Virus record (IMG/VR): IMGVR_UViG_3300044259_000094
Coordinates: 31,734 to 95,733 of that record
DNA: 64,000 nt
Reading direction: 5' to 3' (one strand)
Source: a virus
Part shown: piece by piece, positions 47,410-56,304 of the stretch
Numbering within the stretch: position 1 is the stretch's first letter
Layout of the letters: the number at the start of each line of letters is the position of its first letter
The notes under the pieces: generated by a model
Seen by the model: the letters and a program-made list of their open reading frames with translations, nothing else
The model's database searches: none
What the model was told of the DNA's origin: nothing
Program-made: the position numbers and the translations under genes

Positions 47410-48678
47410 TTATAGGGAATGTCCGTGAAGGACGATTTTCTTGACTGGGTGTTCCAATTCAACACAGTAACCCATTGCATCAGTGATGTGCTCCATCGAC
47501 TGAGCCTTGTCGATGTCTCGACTACCAGCCTTATACAGCGTCTGCTCCAGGGATTGAACCACGTTTGTGCAACCCGGGTTCACCTTGAGGGTTATCTTGC
47601 CGGACGCATCCAGCAGCAAACGGTTAACGCTGTTCACACGGTCGGCGATCAATGGGTGCTTCCGACGGAACTTGATTCGGTTGAATCCCTTCTGTCGGAA
47701 AATCTCCAAGTCCGACTCACCACGGGCGTGCTGACGAGCTGCGCCGGCGGGGTCAGGGAAGATCGTGATCTGGCTCATGTATCGCCAATATCGTTTCTCC
47801 AACTCCTCACACACCTCTAAGGTGTTCGAGTTGTGCAGGAAGATTTCATCGACGACCCACAATTCACCATTGGTCTGTGGCTGCATGATACAGGCAGACA
47901 TAGGGTCAATGTTGAAGTCCACGCCCACGAAGATCGGTCGACCCGGGTTGAACTTGATGTCAGGGTCGCAGTGTACGCGCCGATCGAACGGGTAGTAGAC
48001 ACGACCACTCATTGTCTCGAAGGACGCCTCAAACTCCTGTCTGAACGTGCGAGGGTCCATATCCCGACGAGCTTCCGCAATCTCCGATTCAGGGATGAAA
48101 GGGGATGTGATCGTAGGGAACTGGTAGCTCGACCAGGCTTTGCGCTGAGGATCTTGGCCGAACTGGTAGACCTCATACAACTGGTTGTAAGCCTTCGGCG
48201 TACCAATGAACAGAGCTTCACCACGGTCTTTCGCCAAGGTAGGTCGAATGATCGTAGTCCAAGTATCTGGTCGAATATCCTGGAACTCGTCCATTACAAC
48301 GAAGTTCAGACCAACACCCCGGAGTGTGTCAGGGTTATCCGCACCTTTACACTCGATGACGGACCCGTTTTTCAGGGTGATCGACATCTCCGTCTCATGC
48401 TCGCGCACGATCCACTTACGGGGAATCGAAGCCTTGAGGTCGTTCCACATGATCTGCTTCGCCATCCGATAGGTCGGGGCGATGTACCAGATCTTCTGGT
48501 TCGGCTTCTTGGCTCGCTGAATCATCTCCGTCTTGGAGAGAGCTGTCTTACCCCAACGTCGGCCGGCGACTACAACCCGAAACCGGGCTGTATCCAGGAA
48601 GACTTCGGCCTGCTTTGGATGTAGGCCAATCTTCACCGCCATAGCGATGGGTGCAGGTGCGGCGTTCTTGATTTTCAT
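47410..48678 (-). CDS. terL: terminase large subunit
   Basis: Q motif LHPKQ; VVAGRRWGKT; VVMDEFQD; FIGTPK; GVDFN; HITDAMGY. Confidence 0.95.
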   Translation of the reverse strand: MKIKNAAPAPIAMAVKIGLHPKQAEVFLDTARFRVVVAGRRWGKTALSKTEMIQRAKKPNQKIWYIAPTYRMAKQIMWNDLKASIPRKWIVREHETEMSITLKNGSVIECKGADNPDTLRGVGLNFVVMDEFQDIRPDTWTTIIRPTLAKDRGEALFIGTPKAYNQLYEVYQFGQDPQRKAWSSYQFPTITSPFIPESEIAEARRDMDPRTFRQEFEASFETMSGRVYYPFDRRVHCDPDIKFNPGRPIFVGVDFNIDPMSACIMQPQTNGELWVVDEIFLHNSNTLEVCEELEKRYWRYMSQITIFPDPAGAARQHARGESDLEIFRQKGFNRIKFRRKHPLIADRVNSVNRLLLDASGKITLKVNPGCTNVVQSLEQTLYKAGSRDIDKAQSMEHITDAMGYCVELEHPVKKIVLHGHSL

Positions 48679-49412
48679 CAGGACACCGCCGGCTCATCGC
48701 CCTCGACAACGATTTCGTCTTCTTCGGCAGCCTCTTTGTCGAGAGCCTCATCCAAGGCGTCGAGGTCATCGGCACTCAGTTCGGTACCAAGAAGATCCTC
48801 GTCATCGATTTCGCCATTGGCTTCCGCTTCTTCTCGGCGCTGCTGCTCGCGAAGGTCGGCGACATCGTTCTCGGTCATCAGAGTGATCTGGAGTTCCGGC
48901 AGGGTGTCGTCGATATTCAGGTCTTTGTCGAGACCCAGGATACGAGCGCCGGTGCCGTAGTTCATCGAGACGATTTCAGAGGCGATCTTGAGAGCTTTCA
49001 GGTCACCCTGAATCTCAGCAAGAGGTCGATTGTCACGGATGCACTTGGCGACATCCGAGTAACCCTTCTTGTTGAATAGCTCAATGGACTTGAGCGCCAG
49101 CATCTTGATGTCGTGTGCGGCCGTTGCCAGTTCTTCTGCCTGTGCAGCACTGGTTTTTTCGATGGCACGCTTCACTGCGGCAGAGACTTTCTTGGCGTCA
49201 CTACCTTTGGACACGCTGTCGCGTTTGAACCGGCGACTCAATGCGGTTGCACTGACGCCGACGGCATCCGAAATTTCCTTGAGGCTGTAGTCACCGGACT
49301 GCCACATCGTCTTGGCCCGGGCGTATTCCCGTGGTGTCAGACGCTTGGACAGCTCCTGTTCTTCGACAACCGGAGTAGGTGCGGCAGTATTTTCAGTCAT
49401 AGGGTCCGTCAC
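48678..49412 (-). CDS. terS: terminase small subunit (HTH)
   Basis: HTH SLKEISDAVGVSATALSRRF; directly upstream of TerL; acidic tail. Confidence 0.75.
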   Translation of the reverse strand: MTDPMTENTAAPTPVVEEQELSKRLTPREYARAKTMWQSGDYSLKEISDAVGVSATALSRRFKRDSVSKGSDAKKVSAAVKRAIEKTSAAQAEELATAAHDIKMLALKSIELFNKKGYSDVAKCIRDNRPLAEIQGDLKALKIASEIVSMNYGTGARILGLDKDLNIDDTLPELQITLMTENDVADLREQQRREEAEANGEIDDEDLLGTELSADDLDALDEALDKEAAEEDEIVVEGDEPAVS

Positions 49413-49654
49413 AAAGTGCGTGGCTAAGGCTGTGCCACGATAGGAAACATTGACTTCATTGGATCAGCGCCTCAGAAAAATGTCAAATCGACCACATTTC
49501 TGAGGCATTACGACGGTATTCCGGGTTTATTTGAAGATGCCACTTGCTTCGGGTCTTGCTCTGTAAGATTATACTGCTTGTCCCTCTTAACAACTTGTAA
49601 GAAACAAGGTTAGTAGAACAAGCTTAATAAAGGGAAAAGCAGGCACCCGGAGTG

Positions 49655-49996
49655 CTAGACAAGCTCCAACAAAACCACGTCATCATCCCCCTCGACTTCT
49701 ACATACTCCGGTTCCTTTACAGGTTCTGGTGGCGTGATAACCCGGATCGCTACAGGTGTGGGTTGCAAGGTCTGCTTCATGCGACCATCCCGGTACACCT
49801 TCCCTCCATTCACGATCCAACCCTGCTTTTTTAGGATCGCCAGGCTACACATCAACGACTCCCGGGTCGTCTCATAAGGCAACCGATTCTGGAGTTGGTA
49901 GACGTCAACGTCTGACTCCCGGTCTCCTTTCGAATCCAGGTTCCCCATTACCACAACCTTCACGATGTGGCGCTGCTTACTGGTCAACGGTTTCAT
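49655..49996 (-). CDS. winged-helix DNA-binding protein (candidate late regulator)
   Basis: LTSKQRHIVKVV...TRESLMCSLAILKKQGWI pattern. Confidence 0.6.
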   Translation of the reverse strand: MKPLTSKQRHIVKVVVMGNLDSKGDRESDVDVYQLQNRLPYETTRESLMCSLAILKKQGWIVNGGKVYRDGRMKQTLQPTPVAIRVITPPEPVKEPEYVEVEGDDDVVLLELV

Positions 49997-50901
49997 AACA
50001 GATCAAGCCTCAATGGTTCATTTGGACCTTGTAGATCAAAGGCCCGGAGTGGAAGAGATTGTGGGATCGGCCGGCCCAAATCTGGGTTCGTCCAAATCCC
50101 GTAAACAGGGCTGGCGAAGACGAGCTGTTGAAGCTCCCTGAGCAGGTGTGCTGCGTCCATCGACTGGACCTTGCTGGTACCCGCGTTGAGGTTCGAACCG
50201 GTCTTCTCGCGTGCGCTGTGGCGGTAGTAGAAGTCTTGCATAGCGGTCATCACACGCTTGCGATGGGTCGGGCTGAAACTATCAAGCTCAGTCATGACCG
50301 CCTGGTGATCCGCAGGGTGCGCTTCGAACTGCGACCGCATGAACTTCAAGCCTTGCTCGTAGGCTGCAGCAGGTCGCAAATGGGCGTGCTTGAAGCCAGC
50401 CTTCACGTCGAATGGGTTGAACTTGGACATCGAGGACTGAATCTCGATGAACCGCTTACCCTCCATTCGCATCGCCAGGTTCACCATTCGATACGCAACA
50501 CCGATACCCCGGTACATTGTGTCCGTGACGATACGAGCTGCTCGCCTGAAATTCGCGTTCAGGAAGGTAGCCCGGTGTACGTTGGTGAAGTTGCTGTCTT
50601 GTCCCGGCTTGAGTTTCGGGAATACAGCGTGGCGAGGAGCCAGCAAAAGACTCACCGTCGAGAGCACGACGATGCCTACCAGGTCTCCATCGGCAGTAAC
50701 GCAGCGCCAATAACGGGGGCCAGCAGGGAGATTTTCGGACTTGTAGTGCAGGTCATGGAGTTGATCCCAGTCTTCCTTCGAACCTGGTTCAACTCGCATC
50801 CCATCCAGCAGAGAGAAACGGGGTTTAGCACCCGGGTTTCTCTCAACCACAATTTCATATTCAGGCAGGTTCGGGTTCACCCTCTTCTCCTTGGACTTCA
50901 T
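49993..50901 (-). CDS. GNAT-fold acyltransferase of the ABC-ATPase-associated phage type
   Basis: LHDLHYKS; ARIVTDTMYRGIGVA (acetyl-CoA motif A); SSMSKFNPF..KAGF. Confidence 0.8.
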   Translation of the reverse strand: MKSKEKRVNPNLPEYEIVVERNPGAKPRFSLLDGMRVEPGSKEDWDQLHDLHYKSENLPAGPRYWRCVTADGDLVGIVVLSTVSLLLAPRHAVFPKLKPGQDSNFTNVHRATFLNANFRRAARIVTDTMYRGIGVAYRMVNLAMRMEGKRFIEIQSSMSKFNPFDVKAGFKHAHLRPAAAYEQGLKFMRSQFEAHPADHQAVMTELDSFSPTHRKRVMTAMQDFYYRHSAREKTGSNLNAGTSKVQSMDAAHLLRELQQLVFASPVYGIWTNPDLGRPIPQSLPLRAFDLQGPNEPLRLDLL

Positions 50902-51187
50902 GGTCGACCTTGCTACAGGCCATCATCAGAGCATCCGAGACTTCCTCGTTACCCCAGGTTTTTTCGTCCCAAATAGCGAGACAGGTGTCACCCTCTTGGG
51001 CAACGATAACCATACGACGCCAGTTACGGCCGTTTGCGTGCATGTGTTCGGCTACATGAACCATGCCTTCTACGAATCGTTTGAACCCGGCGTCCTTTGC
51101 CGCACTCCATTCAGGTGCTGGCTTCTCCAGATCGGTGCGTTTGACCACTTCACGTTTCTTGAAGTCCACCAGAATCAATTCCGACAT
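50861..51187 (-). CDS. hypothetical protein
   Basis: GGAG RBS; 108 aa. Confidence 0.7.
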   Translation of the reverse strand: MSELILVDFKKREVVKRTDLEKPAPEWSAAKDAGFKRFVEGMVHVAEHMHANGRNWRRMVIVAQEGDTCLAIWDEKTWGNEEVSDALMMACSKVDHEVQGEEGEPEPA

Positions 51188-51205
51188 CGTTATGCTCCAG
51201 ATAAG

Positions 51206-51232
51206 AAAAAGGTACTCCGCGAAGAGTACCTT
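51206..51232 (-). terminator. intrinsic terminator
   Basis: AAGGTACTC-TTCGCG-GAGTACC-TTTTT. Confidence 0.75.
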
Positions 51233-51267
51233 ATTTTGGTTCGCTGTGTAAGGTTACTCAGCTTTCG

Positions 51268-51660
51268 TTACCCGAGAGATTCTAGGGTAGTGATCGGTGT
51301 TGCTTGAGAGGTAATGGTGCCGCCGGCAGAAGTCACCTTATTGACCAAGGCAGGTATCGAAGAGGTGTGCGCTGTACACACGGAATTCAGATGATCACTC
51401 ATGCGAAATTCGGCGCTGCGAGCAATGGCACCACCGGTATTACCCGCAAGACCGCCACCACCCCATTTGCCATAATCAGGGTGAGACGAGGATGGCGGGG
51501 CTACAGTGACTTTTACAGGCGCAACATTAACGCCGGCGGGTTCATCGAAGGTCTCGGCCAGGCGCTCAACAATCAGCTCCCACTGTTCCTTGGTGGGCTC
51601 TTTACCCATGTTCAGATCAGCGAAACCGGACAGCCAGACTGCGAATTTTTCAAAGCTCAT
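51268..51660 (-). CDS. hypothetical protein
   Basis: FAVWLSGF...PTKEQWELI..L conserved phage N-terminus; ATGA overlap with the ATPase. Confidence 0.7.
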   Translation of the reverse strand: MSFEKFAVWLSGFADLNMGKEPTKEQWELIVERLAETFDEPAGVNVAPVKVTVAPPSSSHPDYGKWGGGGLAGNTGGAIARSAEFRMSDHLNSVCTAHTSSIPALVNKVTSAGGTITSQATPITTLESLG

Positions 51661-52289
51661 GGTGTTACCTCTACGTTGATTTTGTCCTTGAAGCGCTTGT
51701 CCACATAGATCGTGGGTGCGAGTTCTTCTCGGAGGTCTTTGTGAGTGGTCGCTACGATCACCGTAGCACCTACTTTTGCAGCTTGCTTGCGAAGGTTGAA
51801 TGCCACCACCTTCGCGGTAACACGGTCAAGCACAGCGCCGAATTCGTCTGCTACCCAGACACGGCACCCAGAGGCGATCAGGAGCGCGATACGGAAGCGA
51901 TAGCGCTGCCCGTCACTCAGCTCGCTTGGTTTGCGAACGAGCAGATAGGCGTCATTCAGGCCGGCCAGAGACAGCATCTGAATGGCTTCATCGGTGTTCG
52001 ACCCGACTTGATCGATCAGAGGCTTCTCTTCGTACTGAACCTTGTCGATATCGGCTACCGGCTCATGTTCGGCGATCTGTTTCGCCAGCTCTTTGAGCAG
52101 GAGAGACTTACCCGACCCGGACTGGCCGGTGATATACACGACATCGCCCTTCTCGACATCCAGTTCGAAGTTGTCATAGACGGTGAAGTCCTTGTCTTCG
52201 AGGCCCAGACCGAATGCTTCTGCTACCTCAAGCACCCGGTTGCTGCGAACCACGTTGCTCTTGAAGGTCTTGCTGACGGTGTACTTCAT
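51657..52289 (-). CDS. stand-alone ABC-type ATPase (no transmembrane partner)
   Basis: GQSGSGKS; signature LSDGQRYR; VWVADEF; H-loop ATTH. Confidence 0.92.
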   Translation of the reverse strand: MKYTVSKTFKSNVVRSNRVLEVAEAFGLGLEDKDFTVYDNFELDVEKGDVVYITGQSGSGKSLLLKELAKQIAEHEPVADIDKVQYEEKPLIDQVGSNTDEAIQMLSLAGLNDAYLLVRKPSELSDGQRYRFRIALLIASGCRVWVADEFGAVLDRVTAKVVAFNLRKQAAKVGATVIVATTHKDLREELAPTIYVDKRFKDKINVEVTP

Positions 52290-52978
52290 TTCAGGTCATC
52301 CAGATCGCGAGCCTGGCCATCGTGCCAGTCACTGAGGGCACGCAGCAGAGCTTCTGCCGGCTCTACACCGTAGAAGTCTTGAGCTTCGCCAATGAAGCGC
52401 TTGAGTTCACGGGACTGGGCACCACTGATACGGCTGATACCGATCGCCTTGGTCAAGGAGACTTCTTCCTCGTCCTTGTTTTCGATTTCAGCTTCGGTGC
52501 GAGCAGTCTGAGCAGTCACTTCGGGGGCGATATCAGGAGATAGGCTATCCAGATCCATATCGCCCAGGTCGTCAATGGCGAACGAAAGATCGCGTACATC
52601 GAAGAAATCACCCATGTCGATGCCTTCATCGAGTACCAGCTCCTTCAATTCCTGGCTGAGCAGAGCGGTGTCATGACCGCCTTCGTTGGTCTTGTTGTCG
52701 ATCAGACGCAAAGCCCGGGCCTGTTCTTTGCTGATACCGTGCAAGACGGTGACCGGCACCTTCTCTTGCATCAGGTCGATAGCAGCGAGACGACGACCGT
52801 GACCTGCAATGATAGTGCCATCAGGCTCAACAATAATCCGAGTAGTCCATCCATGCTTGGTAATAGACGCCGCAATTTTCGCCACCTGCTTAGGGTCGTG
52901 TTTCTTGCTGTTCATGGCGTAAGGAACGAGGCGATCGATCGACCATACCTCGTCCTTCTTTTGGTAAACCTCAGTCAT
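52286..52978 (-). CDS. ParB/Srx N-terminal domain protein
   Basis: LVPYAMNSKKH..QVAKIAASI..GW, IIAGHGRRLAA, LRLIDNK. Confidence 0.9.
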   Translation of the reverse strand: MTEVYQKKDEVWSIDRLVPYAMNSKKHDPKQVAKIAASITKHGWTTRIIVEPDGTIIAGHGRRLAAIDLMQEKVPVTVLHGISKEQARALRLIDNKTNEGGHDTALLSQELKELVLDEGIDMGDFFDVRDLSFAIDDLGDMDLDSLSPDIAPEVTAQTARTEAEIENKDEEEVSLTKAIGISRISGAQSRELKRFIGEAQDFYGVEPAEALLRALSDWHDGQARDLDDLK

Positions 52979-53150
52979 TTTCGTAATCCTTGAAGTCAGT
53001 GTTTTCCCAGGAGAAGTCCTGGTCAGGGCTCATTGGACGGGCATCCTCATTTTCGCGCCTCATCCGTCGAGCTATTCGTTTGGTGAGTTCATCCCGCTCT
53101 TCCGGGCTGAGGTCTTCGAGTCGAGCGGAGCTATATTCACCTCCCCTCAT
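52971..53150 (-). CDS. 59-aa hypothetical protein (absent from the ORF track)
   Basis: MRGGEYSSARLEDLSPEERDELTKRIARRMRRENEDARPMSPDQDFSWENTDFKDYEND*; ATGA overlap upstream and 8-nt overlap downstream fill the gap exactly. Confidence 0.7.
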   Translation of the reverse strand: MRGGEYSSARLEDLSPEERDELTKRIARRMRRENEDARPMSPDQDFSWENTDFKDYEND

Positions 53151-53932
53151 TCGAACATATCCCGGATCATGTGAATCAGGGCATCACCGTCGTTGGTGAG
53201 GTCATCGGAAGTCACATAGCCTTCCTCGATCTTCACCTGCTTGATCAGTTCGGCCAGTTTCGCTTGGTCTTCGATAGACACCCGGAAGCGAATGATGGTG
53301 TGAGTACGCAGAGGCTTACCGGTAGACAGATCGACCGTCTCGTCTTCCTCTGGCTCTTTTTCAGAACCGTCATCGAGGGCCGCTTCGATATCCAGGTCGA
53401 TGTTCTCGGAAGTGATGTGGCTGAAATACTCTGCCAGCTCTTCCTCGTCGATCGGCATGGTGTCCAGCAGAGTGGCAGCATCACCGATATCCGGGTCGCT
53501 CAGCAGAGCTGACAGGCGATCCAGGTTGTCGGAGCCGTAGCGGTAGTTGTCCAGAAGGGTTTCCTTCTTCGCTTCGGCATCGCTGATCTTGCCTCGATTG
53601 ATGATAGGCACATGCTTCATGCCCAGCTCGATTGCAGCTTCGGTGCGATGTTGGCCGCCGATGATCTGATAGTCGCCGTTGTCGAGCTGACGAACCACGA
53701 TTGGGCGCTTGATGCCGTCACGCTTGATGCTGTTTTCCAGCTTCGTTTGGTTGACCGGATCGACAGAGTTCGGGTTCCAGGGGTTGGGTAGCAGATCATG
53801 CGGGTTGACGTACTCAACTTCCATCGAAGTGGTCGGAGTAATCTCGGCCGCCTTGAGAGCTTCGTCGACCGCGTTGAGGTCATTCAGCTCCATTTCGAGG
53901 TCGTCGAGGTCGGAGAAGTCATTAGTGGACAT
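53147..53932 (-). CDS. second ParB/Srx domain protein
   Basis: LLPNPWNPN, LENSIKRDG..PIVV, IIGGQHR. Confidence 0.9.
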   Translation of the reverse strand: MSTNDFSDLDDLEMELNDLNAVDEALKAAEITPTTSMEVEYVNPHDLLPNPWNPNSVDPVNQTKLENSIKRDGIKRPIVVRQLDNGDYQIIGGQHRTEAAIELGMKHVPIINRGKISDAEAKKETLLDNYRYGSDNLDRLSALLSDPDIGDAATLLDTMPIDEEELAEYFSHITSENIDLDIEAALDDGSEKEPEEDETVDLSTGKPLRTHTIIRFRVSIEDQAKLAELIKQVKIEEGYVTSDDLTNDGDALIHMIRDMFE

Positions 53933-54011
53933 TGGTGTACCTTGATAGGGTGGTTGATAACCTTACAGTAAGAGTACAATAGCGGTTGACACCAAATAGT
54001 GGAAGTGATCT

Positions 54012-55700
54012 ATGTCCAAAACCTTGAAAATCGTCCACAACGCAGTGCGGGCGAAACTGATTGAACCTGATCGCAACGCCAGGCTGATTGTGAACGAACT
54101 CCTGTCCTACAAGATAGAGACGGGTGTTAAAGGCATGGGCGTCGCTCACGGCTCCATGTTCGATATGAATAAGGACTTCTTCCCGACAGGGTTCGTCCGC
54201 CTCGTTCGCAGCACACTGGAGAAGCACGGGTACCGGATCATCGTGCAGGGTAAAGTCGTCCCTCCACCTGGCGGCCCGGAGTTCCCTGTTGTGAGTGGGT
54301 TCGCACCTGACCCTCGATACGACTACCAGAACAAAACCATGCAGCGTTTGGTTCAACTCCAGCGCATGACTGCACAGGTAGCAACTGGCGGTGGTAAGTC
54401 CGAAATCTTCAAGCTGTGCTGTGAGCGCTTGAAACTTCCAACCCTGTTCATCACCACTCGTAAGTCCTTGATGTATCAGATGGCTAAGGGCTACAAGACC
54501 GCGATGTCGTCTCGTCCTGTAGGGTTCTTGGGTGACGGTCACTGGTCTCCACAAGAGAACGGTGTGAACTTCGCCATCGTGGATACTCTGGTATCGCGTA
54601 TGGAGAAGTCCTCGTTTGACATCGAGCTGGACCGGCTTGTTGAAAAGCACTGCACCATGATCGAAAAGGAGGTGGAGAAAGCTTACAAAGCCGCATCCAT
54701 TCCACTGAATCCCTCTCTGCTCAAGAAGGCCGACGCTGCAACCAAAGCAAAGGCAGAGAAGATCCGTCAGGCCATCACGGACAAGCACGAACCCTCGACC
54801 CGGGATATGCGTCAGAAGGCTCAGGACACCGCTGATAAGAAGGCTCGTATCCGCGCTGAGACTGTAGCCTTCCTTGAGAAGATCGGCTTCCTGTGTCTTG
54901 AAGAGGCTCATGAGGTATCCGGTACCGGGTTCTTCGACCTCTGCAACTCGATGACCAATGCTCACTACCGTTTGGCTCTCACTGCTACGCCGAACATGAA
55001 GGACTCGGAAGAGGCCAACATGCGCCTGGCTGCCGTGGCAGGTACGATCGGCATTCGTGTTACCGAGAAAGAGCTGATCGACAAAGGCATTCTGGCAACC
55101 CCGTACTTCAAGTTCGTGGAGAGTCGGATTCCAACAGGCGTAACCCGAGGCTCTGCATTCCCGGTTGCGTATGAAAGAGGGATCGTGAAGAACGCCGGCC
55201 GTAACACTCAGGTTCTCCAAGCTGTAATGGAAGCCAAGAAGTACGGTCTGACCTCGATGATTCTGGTTCAGCACACTGCTCATGGTGATCTGCTCAAGAA
55301 TCTGCTCAAGACCGCCGGTCTTCGAGTGGAGTTCATCAGGGGCGAGGACTCTCAGGAAGAACGTCAGCGCGCTCTGGATATGCTGGGCGCCGGCAAGCTC
55401 GATGTCTTGATTGGTACGACCATTCTCGACGTAGGTGTAGACGTTCCTTCCGTGGGTCAGATCATCCTGGCAGGTGGAGGCAAAGCAGAAGTAGCAGTGC
55501 GTCAGCGTATTGGTCGTGGTCTGCGCTCGAAGAAGTCTGGCCCTAACGTGTGCTGGGTGGTGATCTTCCAGGATTCCTGGAACAACCACACAAACTCCCA
55601 CAGTCGCGAGTGCCGGCGGATCGTCATGGAAACTCCGGGGTTCGCAGAGAACGTTGTGGAGAGATTCGACTTCGAGGGCTTAGGATTCACGAAAGCCTGA
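54012..55700 (+). CDS. superfamily 2 helicase (UvsW/Rad25-like)
   Basis: YDYQ; ATGGGKS; LEEAHE; LTATP; GVDVP; QRIGRGLR. Confidence 0.92.
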   Translation: MSKTLKIVHNAVRAKLIEPDRNARLIVNELLSYKIETGVKGMGVAHGSMFDMNKDFFPTGFVRLVRSTLEKHGYRIIVQGKVVPPPGGPEFPVVSGFAPDPRYDYQNKTMQRLVQLQRMTAQVATGGGKSEIFKLCCERLKLPTLFITTRKSLMYQMAKGYKTAMSSRPVGFLGDGHWSPQENGVNFAIVDTLVSRMEKSSFDIELDRLVEKHCTMIEKEVEKAYKAASIPLNPSLLKKADAATKAKAEKIRQAITDKHEPSTRDMRQKAQDTADKKARIRAETVAFLEKIGFLCLEEAHEVSGTGFFDLCNSMTNAHYRLALTATPNMKDSEEANMRLAAVAGTIGIRVTEKELIDKGILATPYFKFVESRIPTGVTRGSAFPVAYERGIVKNAGRNTQVLQAVMEAKKYGLTSMILVQHTAHGDLLKNLLKTAGLRVEFIRGEDSQEERQRALDMLGAGKLDVLIGTTILDVGVDVPSVGQIILAGGGKAEVAVRQRIGRGLRSKKSGPNVCWVVIFQDSWNNHTNSHSRECRRIVMETPGFAENVVERFDFEGLGFTKA

Positions 55701-55707
55701 AACGACG

Positions 55708-55732
55708 AAGCCCCTCACTTGGAGGGGCTTTT
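55708..55732. terminator. terminator between the convergent helicase gene and tRNA array
   Basis: AAGCCCCTC-ACTTG-GAGGGGCTT-TT. Confidence 0.8.
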
Positions 55733-55765
55733 CGTTACCTTGGCTCTTTCGAGTGGGACGGTAAT

Positions 55766-55841
55766 TGGCAGGCTAGGATGGACTTGAACCACCAACCAAC
55801 GGATTTGGAATCCGTCGCTCTCCCAATTGAGCTACTAACCT
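55766..55841 (-). tRNA. tRNA-Trp(CCA)
   Basis: 76-nt cloverleaf AGGTTAG...ACGGA-TTCCAAA-TCCGT...CTAGCCT-G-CCA. Confidence 0.93.
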
Positions 55842-55847
55842 AGAAAT

Positions 55848-55932
55848 TGGTGCCGACCGATGGAATCGAACCACGCAGTCATCAACTCGGGGGTTACAGC
55901 CCCTACCACATCCCAGTGTGGAATCAATCGGC
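55848..55932 (-). tRNA. non-canonical tRNA-Tyr(GTA), 9/3 or 8/4 acceptor/T fold
   Basis: GCCGATTGA/TCGGTCGGC-A-CCA; D stem CCACA/TGTGG; loop CTGTAAC; variable arm AGTT-GAT-GACT; T loop TTCGATT. Confidence 0.8.
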
Positions 55933-55937
55933 GTAAA

Positions 55938-56014
55938 TGGCGACTCCGAGGGGACTCGAACCCCTGACCACTTGCGTGACAGGCAAGTATTCTAACCGGC
56001 TGAACTACGGAGTC
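55938..56014 (-). tRNA. tRNA-Asp(GTC)
   Basis: 77-nt canonical cloverleaf; CTTGC-CTGTCAC-GCAAG; G73; CCA. Confidence 0.95.
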
Positions 56015-56020
56015 TTAAAT

Positions 56021-56095
56021 TGGCTCCAAGACCTGGGATCGAACCAGGGACCAAACGATTAACAGTCGTTTGCTCTACCTCTGAGCTACCTTGGA
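56021..56095 (-). tRNA. tRNA-Asn(GTT)
   Basis: 75-nt cloverleaf; AACGA-CTGTTAA-TCGTT; U1-A72; G73; CCA. Confidence 0.95.
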
Positions 56096-56098
56096 ATT

Positions 56099-56175
56099 TG
56101 GTTGCGGGCGCGTGACTCGAACACGCGACCTACGGATTATGAGTCCGTCGCTCTAACCGACTGAGCTAGCCCGCA
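56099..56175 (-). tRNA. tRNA-Met(CAT), probably elongator (Ile2 not excluded)
   Basis: 77 nt; paired U1-A72, G2-C71, C3-G70, A73; lacks the three initiator G-C anticodon-stem pairs. Confidence 0.88.
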
Positions 56176-56187
56176 ATCGACAGGGCG

Positions 56188-56217
56188 ATACTAACCGGGC
56201 TTTAGGATGACCTGCAA
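56188..56217 (-). promoter_or_regulatory. sigma70-like promoter of the tRNA array
   Basis: TTGCAG-18-TAGTAT with GC-rich discriminator CGCCC. Confidence 0.65.
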
Positions 56218-56304
56218 GCGCTTTCTCTTCTATATAGCAACGTACACGCAAATTCGCTCCCGACTCGCTGCGCTGGGCTTCGATAAAAAACTTACACAAA
56301 GCGC

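Noticed and set aside
51657-52289. ABC transporter
   Set aside because: No permease or substrate-binding genes; the neighbouring GNAT suggests a soluble enzymatic role
52286-53932. Plasmid partition system
   Set aside because: No ParA or obvious HTH-parS arrangement in the window; the context beside the terminase fits the modification/packaging-associated ParB-N class. A phage-plasmid lifestyle cannot be judged from this window
55741-55759. Possible tRNA 3' remnant (minus GTCCCACTCGAAAGAGCCA)
   Set aside because: Only ~19 nt with no matching 5' half; could equally be a small CTC-GAAA-GAG hairpin
56099-56175. Initiator tRNA-fMet
   Set aside because: Position 1-72 is paired, the D stem has C11-G24, and the anticodon stem lacks three consecutive G-C pairs
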